Origin: an uncultured Nitrososphaeraceae archaeon
Lineage (GTDB): Archaea > Thermoproteota > Nitrososphaeria > Nitrososphaerales > Nitrososphaeraceae
Assembly: GCA_963825865.1 (NCBI GenBank)
Contig: CAWGVG010000049.1
Location: 1-32,000 of the forward strand
DNA length: 32,000 nt
Reading direction: 5' to 3'
Shown here: positions 29,625 through 32,000 of the stretch, piece by piece
Layout: each line of letters opens with the position of its first letter
How positions within the stretch are numbered: position 1 is the stretch's first letter
Program-made: the position numbers and the translations under genes
The notes under the pieces: generated by a model
What the model saw: the letters and a program-made list of their open reading frames with translations, nothing else
The model's database searches: none
What the model was told of the DNA's origin: nothing

Positions 29625-31052
29625 CTACCACCATTGATTTACTATACAGTCTAGCAACGTTCCGTCGAATGTTATTATCCCATACTCATACTTTTCTGTC
29701 GTATCTGAATCTCTACGCTGCAAATAAAAATCTCTATTTCTTGTATTGTCGTCTTTACCTAATTTTTGAAAAGCTGTTTCCTTATAGGAGTGTGCAGAAT
29801 GATAATTCGGATCGATCTCCAAAGCTTTATCATAAGATATTATAGCTTCCTCATATCTGTCTAAGAAGTAAAGAATCTCGCCTTTACTTTTCCAGATATA
29901 TGGATTGTCTGCGTATTTTGAGTTATGCTCTAAAGCCTTATTTATGCAGTCTAAGGCTTTCTCCATCCTTTCTCTTTCATCGAATCCATCCATACCACAT
30001 CTCCTATCTGATTTATACGCAAGAGTATAACAAAGTTGAAGCCATACATCTGCTGAGTTATTTTTATAATTTGAATTGATTTCACTGGCCTTATCATAGC
30101 ACTTGATGGCGTCATCCCATCTACCCCATCCTTCATGAATCAAACCTTTCTTAATCCATGCCTTTGCATGATTCGGATTTATCTCTATTATCTTATCGTA
30201 GCAGTTCATCGCCTCAATTTCATGATTAATACATTCATCTCTGGACTCATAGGCATCGAGAAGGAATAAGCCTTTGTTATACAATAGCTCTATATTATTA
30301 TTATTATTTGGATTTTTCTTGACAGCCTTATCATAAGATTCAATGGCTTCATTACACAATATCCTTGAAGTATAAGGCGTTTTCCTATTTACCTCTACTA
30401 TTTTATCATAACATTTAATGGCCTCATCGTATCTTTTCAATTCATAAAAAGTATTACCTCTTTCATGCCATATCGTAGCGTCATCATCATTTGGATTTAG
30501 TTCTTTTACCTTATCATAACATTGCTGCGACTCTTCATATTTTTTTAAAAAGCAAAGAATATTGCCTTTTCTATTCCACGCTTGAATATTATTTGGATTT
30601 ATTCCTAATACTCTATGATACCATACAAGAGATTCTTTATATTTTTTTAAAGTATAAAGAGTATTGCTCTTGCCAACACAGGCTTCAAAATTATTTGGAT
30701 CCGCCTCTATTACTATATTATAGCATTCTAAAGCTTCATAATAATATTCGTACTTTTTATGAAACGTGCCTAACTTGATAATAGCATCAAGTTTGCATTT
30801 CAATATTTCAGGATAGTCAATGTTACTTATCTTGAGAGCTTTGTCATAGCAGTTTATACCTTCATCGTATTTTTCCAGTCTACAAAAAGCATCACCTTTT
30901 TTCTTCCATGCTTCAAATAGATTTGAGTTTATTTGGATAGCTTTATCATAACGCTCAATAGCTTCTTTATATCTGCATCTATCGTAAAAGGTATTGCCTC
31001 TTCTATACCATTTCGATCCTTTAACTGGTATAGCAGCATCCGAATCGGCCAT
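29625..31052 (-). CDS. TPR-repeat protein (475 aa), intact
   Basis: More than 10 TPR units of the form W..kG..l..l..Y.EAi.cYDKa.eInP. Confidence 0.85.
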   Translation of the reverse strand: MADSDAAIPVKGSKWYRRGNTFYDRCRYKEAIERYDKAIQINSNLFEAWKKKGDAFCRLEKYDEGINCYDKALKISNIDYPEILKCKLDAIIKLGTFHKKYEYYYEALECYNIVIEADPNNFEACVGKSNTLYTLKKYKESLVWYHRVLGINPNNIQAWNRKGNILCFLKKYEESQQCYDKVKELNPNDDDATIWHERGNTFYELKRYDEAIKCYDKIVEVNRKTPYTSRILCNEAIESYDKAVKKNPNNNNNIELLYNKGLFLLDAYESRDECINHEIEAMNCYDKIIEINPNHAKAWIKKGLIHEGWGRWDDAIKCYDKASEINSNYKNNSADVWLQLCYTLAYKSDRRCGMDGFDERERMEKALDCINKALEHNSKYADNPYIWKSKGEILYFLDRYEEAIISYDKALEIDPNYHSAHSYKETAFQKLGKDDNTRNRDFYLQRRDSDTTEKYEYGIITFDGTLLDCIVNQWW

Positions 31053-31208
31053 CTTTCCATCAGTTATTTAATGAACGTAATTTATTTATTTTTTCACACA
31101 TGCAAAGTCAGTTCAACTACAGACCAAGATGCCTTCTTGTACATGCAATCAAAAACATAATCCAAAGTTATGATGTGATATTTATTTTGGTGTCCATACG
31201 CAGCCATA

Positions 31209-31334
31209 TTATTTTGTTATCCTAAAAGAATCAACTATTTTTTGTGCAGTTGGCAAGAATGTATTGTAATATGCCGCATCGCCATCAAATGAAAGCCAAT
31301 ATACTATACCATTCTTTATAGTAAAAATGTTCAT
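31209..31334 (-). pseudogene. C-terminal remnant of an unidentified protein
   Basis: MNIFTIKNGIVYWLSFDGDAAYYNTFLPTAQKIVDSFRITK*. The same frame continues upstream (…GKNGNCISYPSRPKIIE). An adjacent frame reads TNYGYSFRLPWEK across an A-run. The function is not assigned. Confidence 0.2.
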
Positions 31335-31446
31335 TTCGATTATTTTTGGTCGTGAGGGATAGCTGATGCAATTACCATTTTTTCCCAGGGTAACCTGAAA
31401 GAGTAGCCATAATTAGTATCCGCTATTAGTGGAACTATAAAAAAGA

Positions 31447-31623
31447 AGTCCTCCTGGGGATCTGAATGATCTTAAGGCAAACAAAAATGTTACTTACTGT
31501 TCTGGCGGATATAGAGGAAATATGGTTGCAGAGGAGTTAAACAAGCAAGGATTTGATGCTGTAACTATTGAAGGAGGCTATTCTGCTTGGAAAGACGAAG
31601 AGATAAAGACAAAAATAGAATGA
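31447..31623 (+). pseudogene. Rhodanese-domain C-terminal half, no start codon
   Basis: GDLNDLKANKNVTYCSGGYRGNMVAEELNKQGFDAVTIEGGYSAWKDEEIKTKIE* includes the active-site loop CSGGYRG. A TAA lies directly upstream and the N-terminal half is absent. Confidence 0.6.
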
Positions 31624-31923
31624 AGAATAAGATTGTCGAAGACTTGGAAGCTGAACCAGAGCTCGAAAAAGTACAAGAAGAGCAACAACAACAGCCTGTT
31701 CCAGTAACGCAGTGAATTATCTAATCCAGACAGATAGACTTAACGATATGGCATAAAAAAACAATTCCTAATTTCTTTTTTGAATAGCAGAATAACAATT
31801 TTGGGTTTGGTGTAGGTAAGGAGATAATGAATATATTCTCTTCATACCAGTAGATTATGTTCTCCTTTGTTCAATCAAGAATTGAACTATTTTAGTATAT
31901 GGAAAATCAACTATGATCAATAG

Positions 31924-32000
31924 AATAATGAAAACATAAAGCCCCTGTTTAAGGTAGTTGGAATGTATTGCACTTCATGCAAACCAATTGTAGTTAATTT
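31924..32000 (+). CDS. Start of a heavy-metal-associated (HMA) domain protein, partial at the window edge
   Basis: NIKPLFKVVGMYCTSCKPIVVN contains the GMxCxxC metal-binding motif. The start codon is unclear, because an in-frame TAG lies at 31921-31923 and no ATG precedes the motif. Confidence 0.35.

Noticed and set aside
2773-31160. Track ORFs lying antisense to or overlapping well-supported genes: 2773..3105, 3119..3490, 4758..5006, 8694..8948, 11742..12071, 12490..12696, 13893..14180, 15675..16043, 17120..17401, 18538..18759, 18813..19070, 19861..20115, 23474..23731, 23640..23834, 24338..24580, 24555..24809, 24856..25281, 25696..25926, 26665..26961, 28170..28403, 29135..29359, 29555..29845, 29951..30136, 30491..30778, 30933..31160
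   Set aside because: These are shadow ORFs on the opposite strand or in alternative frames of genes with clear family signatures. They have no motifs of their own and their composition is low-complexity.
31620-31715. 31-aa ORF (MKNKIVEDLEAEPELEKVQEEQQQQPVPVTQ) overlapping the rhodanese stop by ATGA
   Set aside because: It is short and low-complexity and follows a gene fragment. There is no evidence that it is translated.
1-32000. Pure sequencing or assembly indel error as the explanation for all broken genes
   Set aside because: Not fully excluded. However, many inferred indels lie outside long homopolymers. Nonsense substitutions, internal deletions (the terminase-like Walker-A region) and bare terminal stubs cannot be produced by indel errors. 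This needs a read-level check.
1-32000. tRNA, rRNA or CRISPR arrays
   Set aside because: I found no T-loop or acceptor-type conserved strings, no rRNA-like conserved blocks, and no regularly spaced direct repeats with unique spacers by eye.

Overview
AT-rich window that looks archaeal. It carries a TFIIB-type cyclin-fold remnant, a tyrosine-integrase remnant of the kind seen in thaumarchaeal integrated elements, and TATA-like A/T boxes close to start codons. A soil Nitrososphaerales-like thaumarchaeon is my guess, by inference only. The main observation is gene decay. About ten genes read as intact: beta-carbonic anhydrase, a winged-helix regulator, a 2-TM membrane protein, two secreted proteins, a DUF962/Mpo1-like membrane protein, a PNPOx-family protein and a 475-aa TPR protein. 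More than twenty other recognisable genes are frameshifted, carry in-frame stops (TAG, TGA and TAA all occur) or survive only as terminal stubs. These include GYD, VOC, SnoaL-like, Hsp70, SIR2-TPR, alpha/beta hydrolase, PQQ-type sugar dehydrogenase, IS110 transposase, integrase, acid phosphatase/PLC, malic enzyme, TFB, aldo-keto reductase, PepSY, a terminase-like ATPase, astacin fused to a 7-blade lectin propeller, an HD domain, a macro domain and rhodanese. Mobile-element debris is abundant: one IS110-family element, two decayed copies of a terminase/HTH/integrase module, and a 36-bp att-like direct repeat. Non-coding signals that the genes do not explain are: (a) a ~100-nt element present twice, with a covarying outer stem and a GTGAC/GTCAC hairpin, bracketing a two-gene cassette; (b) a 277-bp hairpin-rich insert between the 36-bp repeats; (c) an array of TTGATATCAA palindromes; (d) a 58-bp repeat family. 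I found no rRNA, tRNA or CRISPR array. I could not identify one intact, clearly novel multi-gene system. The structured repeat and the att-like mini-insert are the best candidates for something undescribed.
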